64,000 bases of DNA from a virus (taxonomy: Duplodnaviria > Caudoviricetes), in IMG/VR virus record IMGVR_UViG_3300021375_000006; one strand, given 5' to 3'. This document shows, piece after piece, positions 28,659 through 37,893 of the stretch. The notes beneath the pieces are model-generated. The model had not been told where the DNA came from. It did no database searches and saw nothing but the letters and a program-made list of their open reading frames with translations. How positions within the stretch are numbered: position 1 is the first letter of the stretch; every line of letters starts with the position of its first letter. The position numbers were made by a program, and so were the translations under genes.

Positions 28659-30023
28659 TTATAGGTATCTCTCAGCCATACGTTTCCAGTTGCTTAGTCC
28701 TGCCATTTTAAATCCGGCTGCTTTTACAAATGTTCTCATTGAAACGTCTTTAGCTTGCTTCATAAATTCGAAAATCTCTTCTTTATCTTTCATCGGCATA
28801 TCAGTTGGCTCTAAGTGTGGTAAGAGTTTTGCCATTCTTTCCATTAGAGTTGCATCGTCTGGATTCACGTCAATCAAAATCGATCTAGATCTAATTGCTC
28901 CATCTGGATCTGCCTTATCTTTTGGTAAGTTGGAGATGAAAATCACTCTACCAGCAAATTCAAATGTATTAGGTACAATACCTGCTTCTTGCATATTGAA
29001 TTCACCTTCTGGATCCATCTCAAAATCTTTAGGATCGTAAACTGCTTTAGTCTTCTTTAAATATGAAATCTTTCTAACCTTTTTAGTGTCTAATGCAGCC
29101 TTCATTAAGTTTCTACCATTCTCATCTCTAAATACTGCGTCACAATCATCAAATACTAATGTACCATTTCTATATTGGAAAAACTTCTTATACATCATAA
29201 TTACGGATGCGGCTCCTGATACTAATACATAGTCATCATCTTCTACAAGTCCTTCATCTCTTAATGCTCTTTCAACGTTGTAAGTTTTACCTGTACCTGC
29301 TCTACCTGATATGAATAATGAATTGAAAGCACCCGCACCAACGCTTCTTGAGATTTGGTAGATGTCTTCCATTGTTTCTTCTAAGTATTTTACTTTATCA
29401 TCAAGAGTTACTTGGTTTTGCTTTTCAGCAGCAGAAGCTACTGGTACAACACTAACACCCTTCTTAATTCTTGAAATTTGTCTATAAGGTATATCTAGAT
29501 CTACTGAAATAGACTTAACTGAATCACCAGCTGCAAGTCTATCATTTATCTGCTTTAAATCTGCAGTGGATAGGGCTCTAGATTTTGCTTCAGTCACTAA
29601 AGACTCAGCAATAACCTCTTCCATATATTTGTTATCATTTACTAATCTAGCAAACTCATCTAATAATTTTACGATAGGTAATTTATTGTGTCCTGACTCT
29701 AAGCTAAAATCTGCGTTAGACTTTGAAGCGTCTGAAAAGAACTGTAATGAACCGATAATACCAGCTACACCAGATGTATTGTCTGATACTCTAAATGCTT
29801 GTGCACCTTTATCTGAGTAAAACATAACACCAGTGTTCTCTTGTCCATCGATAGTTGCAGTTACTGCAAATGGAAATTTCTTAAACTTTAAGCCTGTTTT
29901 CTTATTAACATATTTAGCTACAATATCTGCTGCTTTAGATAGAGCTGGTTTTACATACTCTACTTTAGCTGCAAATGCATTAGCCTCGTTAATAAATTCT
30001 GATAAGTTTGGTAATCTGTTCAT
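28659..30023 (-). CDS. AAA+ ATPase with a capsid-targeting-like N-terminus
   Basis: ISGRAGTGKT, LVFDDCD, AIRSRS. Starts MNRLPNLSEFINE-A. Confidence 0.75.
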   Translation of the reverse strand: MNRLPNLSEFINEANAFAAKVEYVKPALSKAADIVAKYVNKKTGLKFKKFPFAVTATIDGQENTGVMFYSDKGAQAFRVSDNTSGVAGIIGSLQFFSDASKSNADFSLESGHNKLPIVKLLDEFARLVNDNKYMEEVIAESLVTEAKSRALSTADLKQINDRLAAGDSVKSISVDLDIPYRQISRIKKGVSVVPVASAAEKQNQVTLDDKVKYLEETMEDIYQISRSVGAGAFNSLFISGRAGTGKTYNVERALRDEGLVEDDDYVLVSGAASVIMMYKKFFQYRNGTLVFDDCDAVFRDENGRNLMKAALDTKKVRKISYLKKTKAVYDPKDFEMDPEGEFNMQEAGIVPNTFEFAGRVIFISNLPKDKADPDGAIRSRSILIDVNPDDATLMERMAKLLPHLEPTDMPMKDKEEIFEFMKQAKDVSMRTFVKAAGFKMAGLSNWKRMAERYL

Positions 30024-30034
30024 AATCTATTTTA

Positions 30035-31180
30035 TCACTTATTTAATGATATTTTCCAAGCATCAGAAGTTGGTTTATCCTGCCAGCTTGGTTGGGTATA
30101 TTTTACATTCTTACTAAGCCAAGATGTCATATTATTAGAAGAACTAACTGGTAAGTAAGCTAATTTTTTAGCATTTGGTTCTATTAAGAATATTCCATTA
30201 AAATACTCTTGTGATTGGTAATACAAAATGTTTTGCCACATTAGAGCGTAGTTCAACATAGTGTCATCTTTAGGAGACCCATCTGCATTTACATATTTCT
30301 TAAAAGCATCAACTACACCATTTCTAATAGAACTATTTGCATTAATCCAAATACCGGATGAGCTGCAGAACATAGTATCTGCTAATAATTCAAAAACCTC
30401 GTTAAGATCTACACCCTCCTTAACGCAGGCTTTAAACATCTCGTAAAAAGTACTTCTACCTCCTTTTAGAAAGTTAAATCCTTGGATAGTTTTTTTATTG
30501 GCTCTATCCATACTGAATTTAGACCATACAAATATATTAATTTGTCTTTTTCCAAACTCTTTAAAGAAATGCAATATTGCCTGCTGTCCAGTACCAAATC
30601 CGTTTTGGGTGTTCAATCTTGCATCTTTTGCTTTTACTTCGTATGGCTTTCCGTTAACATTAACATCACCAACAGAAGCGTTAGTTGCACCATTTACCAT
30701 AAATCCTAAAAACAATTCACCTCTACCAACGCCTTTACCAGATTTTTGTTTACCTGCCATTGAGAATATTTCACCTACAACCTTTTTAGGTAAACCAAAA
30801 TCCTTTTCCATTTGAGAAGGTACATCAGTAGGTGAAGTCATTTCAGTAAAGTAGTCCACATCTACCGGATTCTTAATATAATCAATAAAGGATTTTAATG
30901 ATTCCTCAGATTCCTTTTGTAATAGTTTCTCAATATTACCCCAGTCACCATCACTAAAACCTTTAGTCTCTACAAAATAAGTCTTAATCTCTGAAATAGG
31001 ACCAAAATTATCAATATAATCCGCAGTATCTGTTAATTTATCTGAAATAATCTTCTTCTTGGCATCGTCCATTGCGTCAATCTCAGATGATTTAGAAGTA
31101 ATTCTATCTAAAGCCTTCTGAAAATCTTCGTTTAGCAGAGCTGCCGCGAATCTTGCTCTATAGTCTCCTTGTGTTGCCAT
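30035..31180 (-). CDS. Putative PD-(D/E)XK nuclease-fold protein
   Basis: GVGRGE...GDVNVNGKPYEVKA motif. N-terminal LLNE-D. Confidence 0.5.
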   Translation of the reverse strand: MATQGDYRARFAAALLNEDFQKALDRITSKSSEIDAMDDAKKKIISDKLTDTADYIDNFGPISEIKTYFVETKGFSDGDWGNIEKLLQKESEESLKSFIDYIKNPVDVDYFTEMTSPTDVPSQMEKDFGLPKKVVGEIFSMAGKQKSGKGVGRGELFLGFMVNGATNASVGDVNVNGKPYEVKAKDARLNTQNGFGTGQQAILHFFKEFGKRQINIFVWSKFSMDRANKKTIQGFNFLKGGRSTFYEMFKACVKEGVDLNEVFELLADTMFCSSSGIWINANSSIRNGVVDAFKKYVNADGSPKDDTMLNYALMWQNILYYQSQEYFNGIFLIEPNAKKLAYLPVSSSNNMTSWLSKNVKYTQPSWQDKPTSDAWKISLNK

Positions 31181-31182
31181 GT

Positions 31183-31791
31183 TTAATATTTAGGTTTTTT
31201 TGCCTTCTTAGTATATATCTTTATGTTATCATACTCCTTCTCGAGAGATTTAACCAGCTTTAGATTAGCCACATCGTCATCGTAGAACTTAAAGTCAGTA
31301 TAACCCATGTTGATATATGTTTCAAATGCCTGTTTCTTTCTGTCAGCAATATTACCTGTAAATCCATGGACATTATCTGAAATAGCAAATATTAAGTCTT
31401 TGTCAATTCTAAATCCAACATGTTCTCTTAGCCACTTGTAAATCATCTCTCTGTCATCTCTAGCAGTTACAATACCGACTGCAATACCCTTCTTATAGTT
31501 TCTTTTGAAAATGTTTAAGTAGTATTCAATCAGCTTACCTGCTTTCATGATTTCAATATCAGAGAAATCAGTAAAGTCTAACTCATGTTGTTTCTTAGCT
31601 TCAAATTCGTTGAATTCTTCTGGAGTTAATGAGAAGCACTTGCCTGTGAAATGGTCACACACTTTAATCTTCGCGTCTGTAATCACTAGAGTGTCATCTA
31701 AGTCAAAGACCACGATCTCTGATTTAGAATAAGGTTTCTCTGTTACAAGAAAAGCCTCGAATGTTTTAATATGTTTCACTTGGCGTAACAA
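31183..31791 (-). CDS. HAD-superfamily phosphatase with a capsid-targeting-like N-terminus (probable GTG start at 31779)
   Basis: VVFDLDDTL, VTAR, FYDDD. Begins (M)KHIKTFEAFLVTE-K. Confidence 0.75.
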   Translation of the reverse strand: MLRQVKHIKTFEAFLVTEKPYSKSEIVVFDLDDTLVITDAKIKVCDHFTGKCFSLTPEEFNEFEAKKQHELDFTDFSDIEIMKAGKLIEYYLNIFKRNYKKGIAVGIVTARDDREMIYKWLREHVGFRIDKDLIFAISDNVHGFTGNIADRKKQAFETYINMGYTDFKFYDDDVANLKLVKSLEKEYDNIKIYTKKAKKPKY

Positions 31792-32503
31792 CTCCTCTTT
31801 TTTGTACTACTTTAGCTGACATTTCATTTGCATATTTAATTGAATGTTCTACATCTTTACTGTTAACATATTCAATTGCAAATGCTGCAACAAAAGTATC
31901 GCCGGCACCAGAAACATCAATAGTCTCTTGTGGTCTAGGGCTTGGGAATAGTTTATCTTGATATTCGGCGCCCTTTGCACCTAGAGTCGTAATAATGCCT
32001 GGATGTTCCAGCTTATTATTATTTATCCTTTCAGATTCATTTAATTTAATAAATGTATAATTAGCCATCATTTTATTAGTTAAAGGTCTCTTACTATCAA
32101 TAATTGATAACGGAGCCATTAAACCAATATCATAGATGTCTTTGTTAGACAAGAAGCCTTTATTATAGTCACTGACTATCACTAGGTCATACCCCTCTAA
32201 GTAGGTTAGGTCTTTATCAAATGTAGAAATCTGCTCTTCACCCTCATCGTATCTGATGAACATGTGGTTAGATTTCTTTTCTACGAATCTTGTTTTTGTA
32301 ATCTGTTCTGATTGAGTCCATAACTCAATATTGGCATCGGGGGCAATAGCCAAGCAATTAGCCATTGTATTGCCTGCCATCCCTGGATTTTCTATAGTTT
32401 CTACAGGAGTAATAACAGGTACTGGCGCTTCAGGGGACAGACGTCCCACATTACCGTATATAAATCTATCGGTACAGCTATCTCCTATAATTAATATTTT
32501 CAT
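31766..32503 (-). CDS. hldA: D-glycero-D-manno-heptose-7-phosphate kinase (HldE/RfaE kinase domain, PfkB family)
   Basis: IIGDSCTDRFIYG, RLSPEAPVPV, SDYNKG, DVSGAGDT. Confidence 0.85.
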   Translation of the reverse strand: MKILIIGDSCTDRFIYGNVGRLSPEAPVPVITPVETIENPGMAGNTMANCLAIAPDANIELWTQSEQITKTRFVEKKSNHMFIRYDEGEEQISTFDKDLTYLEGYDLVIVSDYNKGFLSNKDIYDIGLMAPLSIIDSKRPLTNKMMANYTFIKLNESERINNNKLEHPGIITTLGAKGAEYQDKLFPSPRPQETIDVSGAGDTFVAAFAIEYVNSKDVEHSIKYANEMSAKVVQKRGVVTPSETY

Positions 32504-32865
32504 CCTTGGGAATCTCCTTTGCGAATTCTGTAGCTATCTTCATCGAAGTGTTGTGTTGATACTTCAAATATTTCTGAGCCATCTTCTAGTGCTACTAACT
32601 GATGTGGTTGGCCTCTTTCAATGGTGATACATGCACCTTCTTTTACTATTGTAGAATCTTCTACTGCACCTTCGGTATCAATCCAGATATATTCAAATGA
32701 ACCCTTACCAACATACCAAGACTCTTTCTTAATAATATGATAATGCATTGAGAATCTACTACCCTTCTTATGAAATCTTAGTAATTTTCCACAATACTCT
32801 TCGTCGTTGTGAATCCAAATCTCTTCGCCCCATGCTTTAGGTACTATTTTAGGTTGTACTATCAT
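32500..32865 (-). CDS. Cupin sugar-phosphate isomerase-like protein
   Basis: VPKAWGEEIW, SMHYH..K.E, GQPH, IFEVST cupin motifs. Confidence 0.7.
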   Translation of the reverse strand: MIVQPKIVPKAWGEEIWIHNDEEYCGKLLRFHKKGSRFSMHYHIIKKESWYVGKGSFEYIWIDTEGAVEDSTIVKEGACITIERGQPHQLVALEDGSEIFEVSTQHFDEDSYRIRKGDSQG

Positions 32866-33581
32866 AATTCTTCTATTCTTTTTGCTTTGTCATCAATAAC
32901 CAAGTCAAAGCTGGGTTTTGTTTCTAAACCTGACTCAGACCAACCCACCACTAAGTTATTGTACTTACATCCCCATTCATTGAGTTGTGCCGTTGTCAAA
33001 TTAGTTAAATCTCTTTTTGAATGACCACCTCTAGCTGTCCAATATGTAATATGCCAGCCAGCTTCATATAGTTTATTTATTTTGCTTATATTAGTCGCAT
33101 TAGGTTTAGCATTTTGATATACTCTTTTACCCTCGTAGAAACAAATGGTTTCATCTATATCAACGTATGCCTTCTTTTGATCAGTATTATATAATTTGCT
33201 TTCTAGTACCTCAGTGGTCGAGTAGTCGCCTATTCGATCAAAGAAAACTACTTCACCAGCATGTTCTGCGCCTACGATTTCTTTGCCCTTCCAATCAGAG
33301 CCCACTACCATTACATCTGGTTTGAATTTAGCCACTAGATCAATTAGACCCTGTTTAGTATCAAAGGTCTCTACTAGATCAATATATTGAATGGATTCTA
33401 GAGCGAACTTTCTATCCTCTAGTTTATTATGAGGTCTATCTGGGCCCTTTGCCCTAGCCACCTTTTCGTCTGAGTCAATGCCTACAATAACTTTATCGCC
33501 TAATTCACTGGCAAATTTAAAGAGCTCAAAGTGACCTCTATGTAGAACATCAAAACATCCATTAACCCAAACTCTTTTCAT
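32862..33581 (-). CDS. hldC: Heptose-1-phosphate nucleotidyltransferase (HldE/RfaE domain II) fused to a C-terminal HAD phosphatase domain
   Basis: NGCFDVLHRGH, VGIDSD, VVGSDW, GDYSTT, then YVDIDETI, YWTARG, IDDKA. Confidence 0.8.
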   Translation of the reverse strand: MKRVWVNGCFDVLHRGHFELFKFASELGDKVIVGIDSDEKVARAKGPDRPHNKLEDRKFALESIQYIDLVETFDTKQGLIDLVAKFKPDVMVVGSDWKGKEIVGAEHAGEVVFFDRIGDYSTTEVLESKLYNTDQKKAYVDIDETICFYEGKRVYQNAKPNATNISKINKLYEAGWHITYWTARGGHSKRDLTNLTTAQLNEWGCKYNNLVVGWSESGLETKPSFDLVIDDKAKRIEEL

Positions 33582-33616
33582 ATCTCTGCATTTACAGGGT
33601 TTATATGGTTAAAAAC

Positions 33617-34540
33617 CTAATTGTTTCCTCTAGAACCTGAAGATCTGCTGCGTGAATTACTACTTGAAGAAGAACTAGAACGTCTAGTAGGTGGAGGTGT
33701 TGTAGATCTAACGTTATTAGTACTTCTATTGTTAACGTTATTTGGTACTCTAGGTTTCCAGTTATTGTTTCTTGTATTATTAGGATTTACTCTAATATTA
33801 TTGTTATTATCATTAGGTCTTCTATAGATTCTTACAGTCTCACCATTATCTCTAATGATTACATTATTATCCGGGTTAATTCTAGGATTATTGTATGATC
33901 TTACTGTACGAGTATTATTACTATTAGTTCTACGTCTATTAACATTAGACTCAATTGTAGAATTAGTTCTATTAGAGACTATGCTACTACCTCTTCTACC
34001 ATTTACATAAACGGTATTGGGTCTATTTCTATGTTGCCATGCATAGTTGTTCATTCTCCATCTCCAGTTCCAGTCATTGTAATATCCATTCCAGCCATAG
34101 TAACTATTCCAACCCCAGCCCCAGTGAGCATTGCCCATCCAGTTATTATATCCCCATCTATCATATCCAAATAGTGACCATCTATGTGGTGTGAAACCCC
34201 ATACCCAGTCATTCCACATTTGATCTCTATTCCAGTAGTAGCCATAATAAGGGCTGTTCCAACCATATCTAGTACCTAATAATCTATTATTCCAATCAAA
34301 TGATCTAGGTTGACTTAGAGCATATTGTGCAAAGTCATATCTAAATTGAAAATCTGTTCTTAATCTATTTCTAAATTGAAATTCATTTAGGGTATCAATA
34401 GCTACATCATCTGAAACCACTATATAATTTTCATCATCATATATTGGGTCATAATTAAGTGTTGATACGTGCCAGTTAACTCCACATGATGTTAATAAAA
34501 CTAGTGATAGAATTGTAAGTAATCTTTTAAGTGTTTTCAT
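33617..34540 (-). CDS. Bacteroidota-type lipoprotein with a W/Y/G/N-rich region and a disordered R/S/N tail
   Basis: Lipobox LLTS-C and low-complexity composition. Confidence 0.6.
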   Translation of the reverse strand: MKTLKRLLTILSLVLLTSCGVNWHVSTLNYDPIYDDENYIVVSDDVAIDTLNEFQFRNRLRTDFQFRYDFAQYALSQPRSFDWNNRLLGTRYGWNSPYYGYYWNRDQMWNDWVWGFTPHRWSLFGYDRWGYNNWMGNAHWGWGWNSYYGWNGYYNDWNWRWRMNNYAWQHRNRPNTVYVNGRRGSSIVSNRTNSTIESNVNRRRTNSNNTRTVRSYNNPRINPDNNVIIRDNGETVRIYRRPNDNNNNIRVNPNNTRNNNWKPRVPNNVNNRSTNNVRSTTPPPTRRSSSSSSSNSRSRSSGSRGNN

Positions 34541-34554
34541 ATATTTGTTTTATG

Positions 34555-34878
34555 TTATTTTTCTTTGTATTCCTGAAATGCTTCACTATTTGGTAGATCT
34601 TTCTCTATTTGTAAAGACCATAGTGAGCTATTTGGGACTACGAACTTTCTTCCATGGCCATAAACATAAAACGTAGTTTTCCAAATAGTTTGTCTAACTA
34701 TTCTTGCTTTCTTTGTACCTTTAATATAGACTACGTCATCTATATCAAAATCAGTACCCATCAAAAACTTCATACCGCTAAAAAAGTTGGCTATTGCATC
34801 TTTAAATGCTAAACCAGCTAAAGCAGCGATTGTTAACCAACCCCATTCTCCAATATACTGTGATAATAACTCTTCCAC
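34555..34878 (-). CDS. Minimal MscS-like membrane protein
   Basis: GLAFKDAIANFFSG...FDIDDVVYI...VVPNSSL matches the MscS TM3/beta-domain pattern. Confidence 0.6.
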   Translation of the reverse strand: MEELLSQYIGEWGWLTIAALAGLAFKDAIANFFSGMKFLMGTDFDIDDVVYIKGTKKARIVRQTIWKTTFYVYGHGRKFVVPNSSLWSLQIEKDLPNSEAFQEYKEK

Positions 34879-35372
34879 TATATTAATCCTTTGTTTGTTA
34901 GATTCTGCAGTAAACTGTATTGACTAATCATTACATGTTTTACCGCTTCATCTCTATTCATAAATACAGCTCGGTCTACTTCTTTTAACTGTAGTTGGCC
35001 CTTAGGAATTTCTAATCCTTTCAGACCGATTTCCGCTAGATCTTTTATCTCTACAATATAGTAGTGTACAACCTTGTTATATTTGTACTTTCTACTGGTA
35101 ACTGTAAACGTAAAAGCATCTTTATTGATTAAAGATTTAGGTACTTTAATACCAAACTCTTCTCTAGTCTCTCTGATTGCTGCATCTAAAATTGATTCTC
35201 CTTCATCAATTCCACCCTTTGAAATACCATACGATGCTAGCTTCTTTCTGCCAGTGCTATGTCCTAATAGAACTTTGCCATCATGTACAATGGCCAAACC
35301 TGCAGACCGTCTCTCTTCCAGAAACTTCTTAGCCTCGTTAATATAGTTATCAAAGTTTGCAATTCTTTTCAT
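34878..35372 (-). CDS. NUDIX hydrolase with a capsid-targeting-like N-terminus
   Basis: GGIDEGESILDAAIRETREEFG Nudix box. Starts MKRIANFDNYINE-A. Confidence 0.8.
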   Translation of the reverse strand: MKRIANFDNYINEAKKFLEERRSAGLAIVHDGKVLLGHSTGRKKLASYGISKGGIDEGESILDAAIRETREEFGIKVPKSLINKDAFTFTVTSRKYKYNKVVHYYIVEIKDLAEIGLKGLEIPKGQLQLKEVDRAVFMNRDEAVKHVMISQYSLLQNLTNKGLI

Positions 35373-35662
35373 TATTTACTTTCTTCGTCGATCCTTTTAA
35401 TTTCTTCTTGTAGTTCGTGTATTCTCCATTCAAAGTCGAATAACTCTTGTCTACTTATTCTGTTATTTTTAAAAGATCGTTGTGCTCTCTTGTATTCTTG
35501 CGTTAATCTTTTTAATTCTTTTTGAAGAGAAGATCTAGCCTGGCCCGCTTGACTTGCCGTGACATTAAATTCTTTCTTTCTTGGGTTTGTTGTTCTCTGC
35601 TTGGGTGTAACCACCATATCGAAGTCCGAGAACAATGTTAGGAATTTATCAACGTTGTCCAT
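35372..35662 (-). CDS. Hypothetical coiled-coil protein
   Basis: Intact ORF with a stop/start overlap and an upstream GATATATA motif. Confidence 0.5.
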   Translation of the reverse strand: MDNVDKFLTLFSDFDMVVTPKQRTTNPRKKEFNVTASQAGQARSSLQKELKRLTQEYKRAQRSFKNNRISRQELFDFEWRIHELQEEIKRIDEESK

Positions 35663-35711
35663 TTCTTGAGCGTTTTATTTGAGTAGGTTGCCCCCTACAT
35701 AGTATATATCG

Positions 35712-36311
35712 TTATTTGATAAGAAACTCCCAGAACGAACGCCCAGTAGTATCTTCATTAGGAAAGTCAAACGATAAAGTTCTCTCCTTACCATTTTCAG
35801 TCCAGGTAATAGACTTAACAAAACTAGCAGGTATTCTAGCAGGATCTGAATTAGTTGTCCATTTATCTGAGAAGAATAATTCAATTCTAACTTCAATATC
35901 ATCGTAGATACCTGAAAGGTTTCTCTCGAATCTCTCTAGTGCAGCCCAGGCACCTCTATTTAGTCCCTGGTGTTGTAATGCACAGTTTGCATAACTAAAT
36001 GTTTCTTTTAACCATTTTTCAGAACATGCGAAAGTATTTGCTGGAGCCATGTGCCCCTTATCATATACATTAGCACTATAATCTGAACTAGAAGAACCAT
36101 TTAAACCAGGATAGGCTTTAAATGAAATCCCATCTCTATCATAAGTAGGTGATTCTGGTTTACAGAAGATAGTGTATTCAACAATCATTGGTTGTTGGTA
36201 TTCCTCATTGTATATAGATGTGTATATGTCTGTTTTAATTTCTTTAGTTTGCGCAAAAGCCACAATGTTAAAGAAGATTAAACAAAATATGATTGATATT
36301 AATTTTTTCAT
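35712..36311 (-). CDS. Secreted DNA/RNA non-specific endonuclease (NucA/EndA family)
   Basis: Signal peptide. YDKGHMAPA, TFSYAN, QHQGLNRGAW. Confidence 0.85.
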   Translation of the reverse strand: MKKLISIIFCLIFFNIVAFAQTKEIKTDIYTSIYNEEYQQPMIVEYTIFCKPESPTYDRDGISFKAYPGLNGSSSSDYSANVYDKGHMAPANTFACSEKWLKETFSYANCALQHQGLNRGAWAALERFERNLSGIYDDIEVRIELFFSDKWTTNSDPARIPASFVKSITWTENGKERTLSFDFPNEDTTGRSFWEFLIK

Positions 36312-36532
36312 TTTAATAAAGGTCTTAAATAATTATTAATTTTTGCTAAAACATAAGAAGATTCATTTCTAGTTGGATAACATGCATCCCATAAAGATTG
36401 TTTTGGAAAATCAGGATCGTCTTGTGTTTTAGCCCACTTTTTTGCAGCTTCAAAATCTACAACTGACCAGCCAAACTCTCTTGTAGGAGTGGCTACAAAA
36501 CCTCTCTTAATTTTTCTTATTAGTTTTTTCAT
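36308..36532 (-). CDS. Hypothetical protein
   Basis: Intact ORF in the operon. Confidence 0.45.
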   Translation of the reverse strand: MKKLIRKIKRGFVATPTREFGWSVVDFEAAKKWAKTQDDPDFPKQSLWDACYPTRNESSYVLAKINNYLRPLLK

Positions 36533-36737
36533 CTTTCTTAGTTTTTATTTTTGGTTCGCTAATTATTTTAACGTAACTATCTTTTGCTTTTTTAACACAC
36601 TTTGCACAAAATGGTGTATAATAACCCACTTCATCCGGTTTAGCCCAGTTGCCTGACTTACCGACTGTGTACATTTCTTTATCTGGAAAGTCGCCCAAAC
36701 AATTTGAGCATACTGTCATTCTTACAGCTCTAGGCAT
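36507..36737 (-). CDS. Small Zn-finger-like protein
   Basis: CSNC...CAKC. Confidence 0.45.
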   Translation of the reverse strand: MPRAVRMTVCSNCLGDFPDKEMYTVGKSGNWAKPDEVGYYTPFCAKCVKKAKDSYVKIISEPKIKTKKDEKTNKKN

Positions 36738-37638
36738 CTCTCTGTTCTTTTATCCATTGTAGAACATTAACACTAGGCCTCCACTCTAACATCTGTGTAA
36801 TTAATGATATATCTGCTCTCGATCTTTTCGGTTCTTCTCGCTCTTCGATATGTACAATCTCACCACCGAATTGCTCTGCTATTTCTAGAATTTCAGTCTC
36901 TTCACCATAGGCAACGTTCCAGATCGGCATTGACTCAAATCCACCATTAGGTCTGGTTAGTGCTGCAAAACAGGCTTCTACTACATCACCAACATAGACA
37001 AAGTCTCTGGTTTGTCTGCCATCACCTGTGACAGTGATAGGTTGATATGATTCAAACTGTTTCTTAAAGATAGGAATGGCACTAACATAGCCCACGTCGT
37101 CTGGTTGACCTTCTCCAAATACATTAAAGAATCTTAAGGCTGCACATTGAGTATCTATAGTATGATATTGTTCTAATAGAGATTCCATCTCTAGTTTATA
37201 CTCAGCATACGGAGACATTGGTGCTGGAGTAGCCTGTTCGTTGAATGGTATATCTTGGCTATCACCGTAGACTGCGGCCGTTGAGGCTGCAACGATAGAT
37301 TTGGCACCTCTTTCTGTTGCCCATCTAAATACTCTTTCTGAACCACCGAATATACCTCTAAAATACTTCTCCCAATCTTCTAGTGACTCTTGTACTGAAA
37401 CCGGTGAAGCTAGATGTAATACATAGTCTATATTTTTAATATCTGGCATTGGACCGGCTGCAATATCACATTCATAAACCTTTAATCCAGCTGGTAGATT
37501 ACCAGACGGTAGAGTTAAATTCTCTAGTTTACCTGTGTAAAAATTATCAAGTACTGTAACCTGCCATCCACGTTCTAGTGCTTGCCAAACCGCGTGATGT
37601 CCAATAAATCCGGCGCCGCCTGTTATTACTATATGCAT
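36730..37638 (-). CDS. NAD-dependent nucleotide-sugar epimerase/dehydratase (GalE-like extended SDR)
   Basis: TGGAGFIG, ASTAAVYG, PYAEYK, RFFNVFG, TRDFVYV. Confidence 0.85.
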   Translation of the reverse strand: MHIVITGGAGFIGHHAVWQALERGWQVTVLDNFYTGKLENLTLPSGNLPAGLKVYECDIAAGPMPDIKNIDYVLHLASPVSVQESLEDWEKYFRGIFGGSERVFRWATERGAKSIVAASTAAVYGDSQDIPFNEQATPAPMSPYAEYKLEMESLLEQYHTIDTQCAALRFFNVFGEGQPDDVGYVSAIPIFKKQFESYQPITVTGDGRQTRDFVYVGDVVEACFAALTRPNGGFESMPIWNVAYGEETEILEIAEQFGGEIVHIEEREEPKRSRADISLITQMLEWRPSVNVLQWIKEQRDA

Positions 37639-37644
37639 TTTTTA

Positions 37645-37890
37645 TTATTTAGTTCTTCTATTATATAGCTCATCTAAGAGCATTTTGTAAAGTCTTTCAA
37701 CGGAAATAAAAGATTCGCTTAGTTCATTAGTTCTAAATACTGACATATCATATTTACGATTAAGTAACTGGCCCCATGTTTGACCATACTTATCATATTG
37801 ATCTCCCCATTTAAGAGACCAATTAAGATATTCTGCATTTAGCCGTGACCATGATAAATCTAGCTTTTCCATCTTCATACTTCTATCCAA
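37645..37890 (-). CDS. Hypothetical protein
   Basis: Intact ORF in the operon. Confidence 0.45.
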   Translation of the reverse strand: MDRSMKMEKLDLSWSRLNAEYLNWSLKWGDQYDKYGQTWGQLLNRKYDMSVFRTNELSESFISVERLYKMLLDELYNRRTK

Positions 37891-37893
37891 TAA

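Noticed and set aside
35675-35902. 75-aa minus-strand ORF, and likewise 48523..48738 and 45806..46024
   Set aside because: Out-of-frame overlaps inside well-supported genes (endonuclease, GT25, membrane protein).
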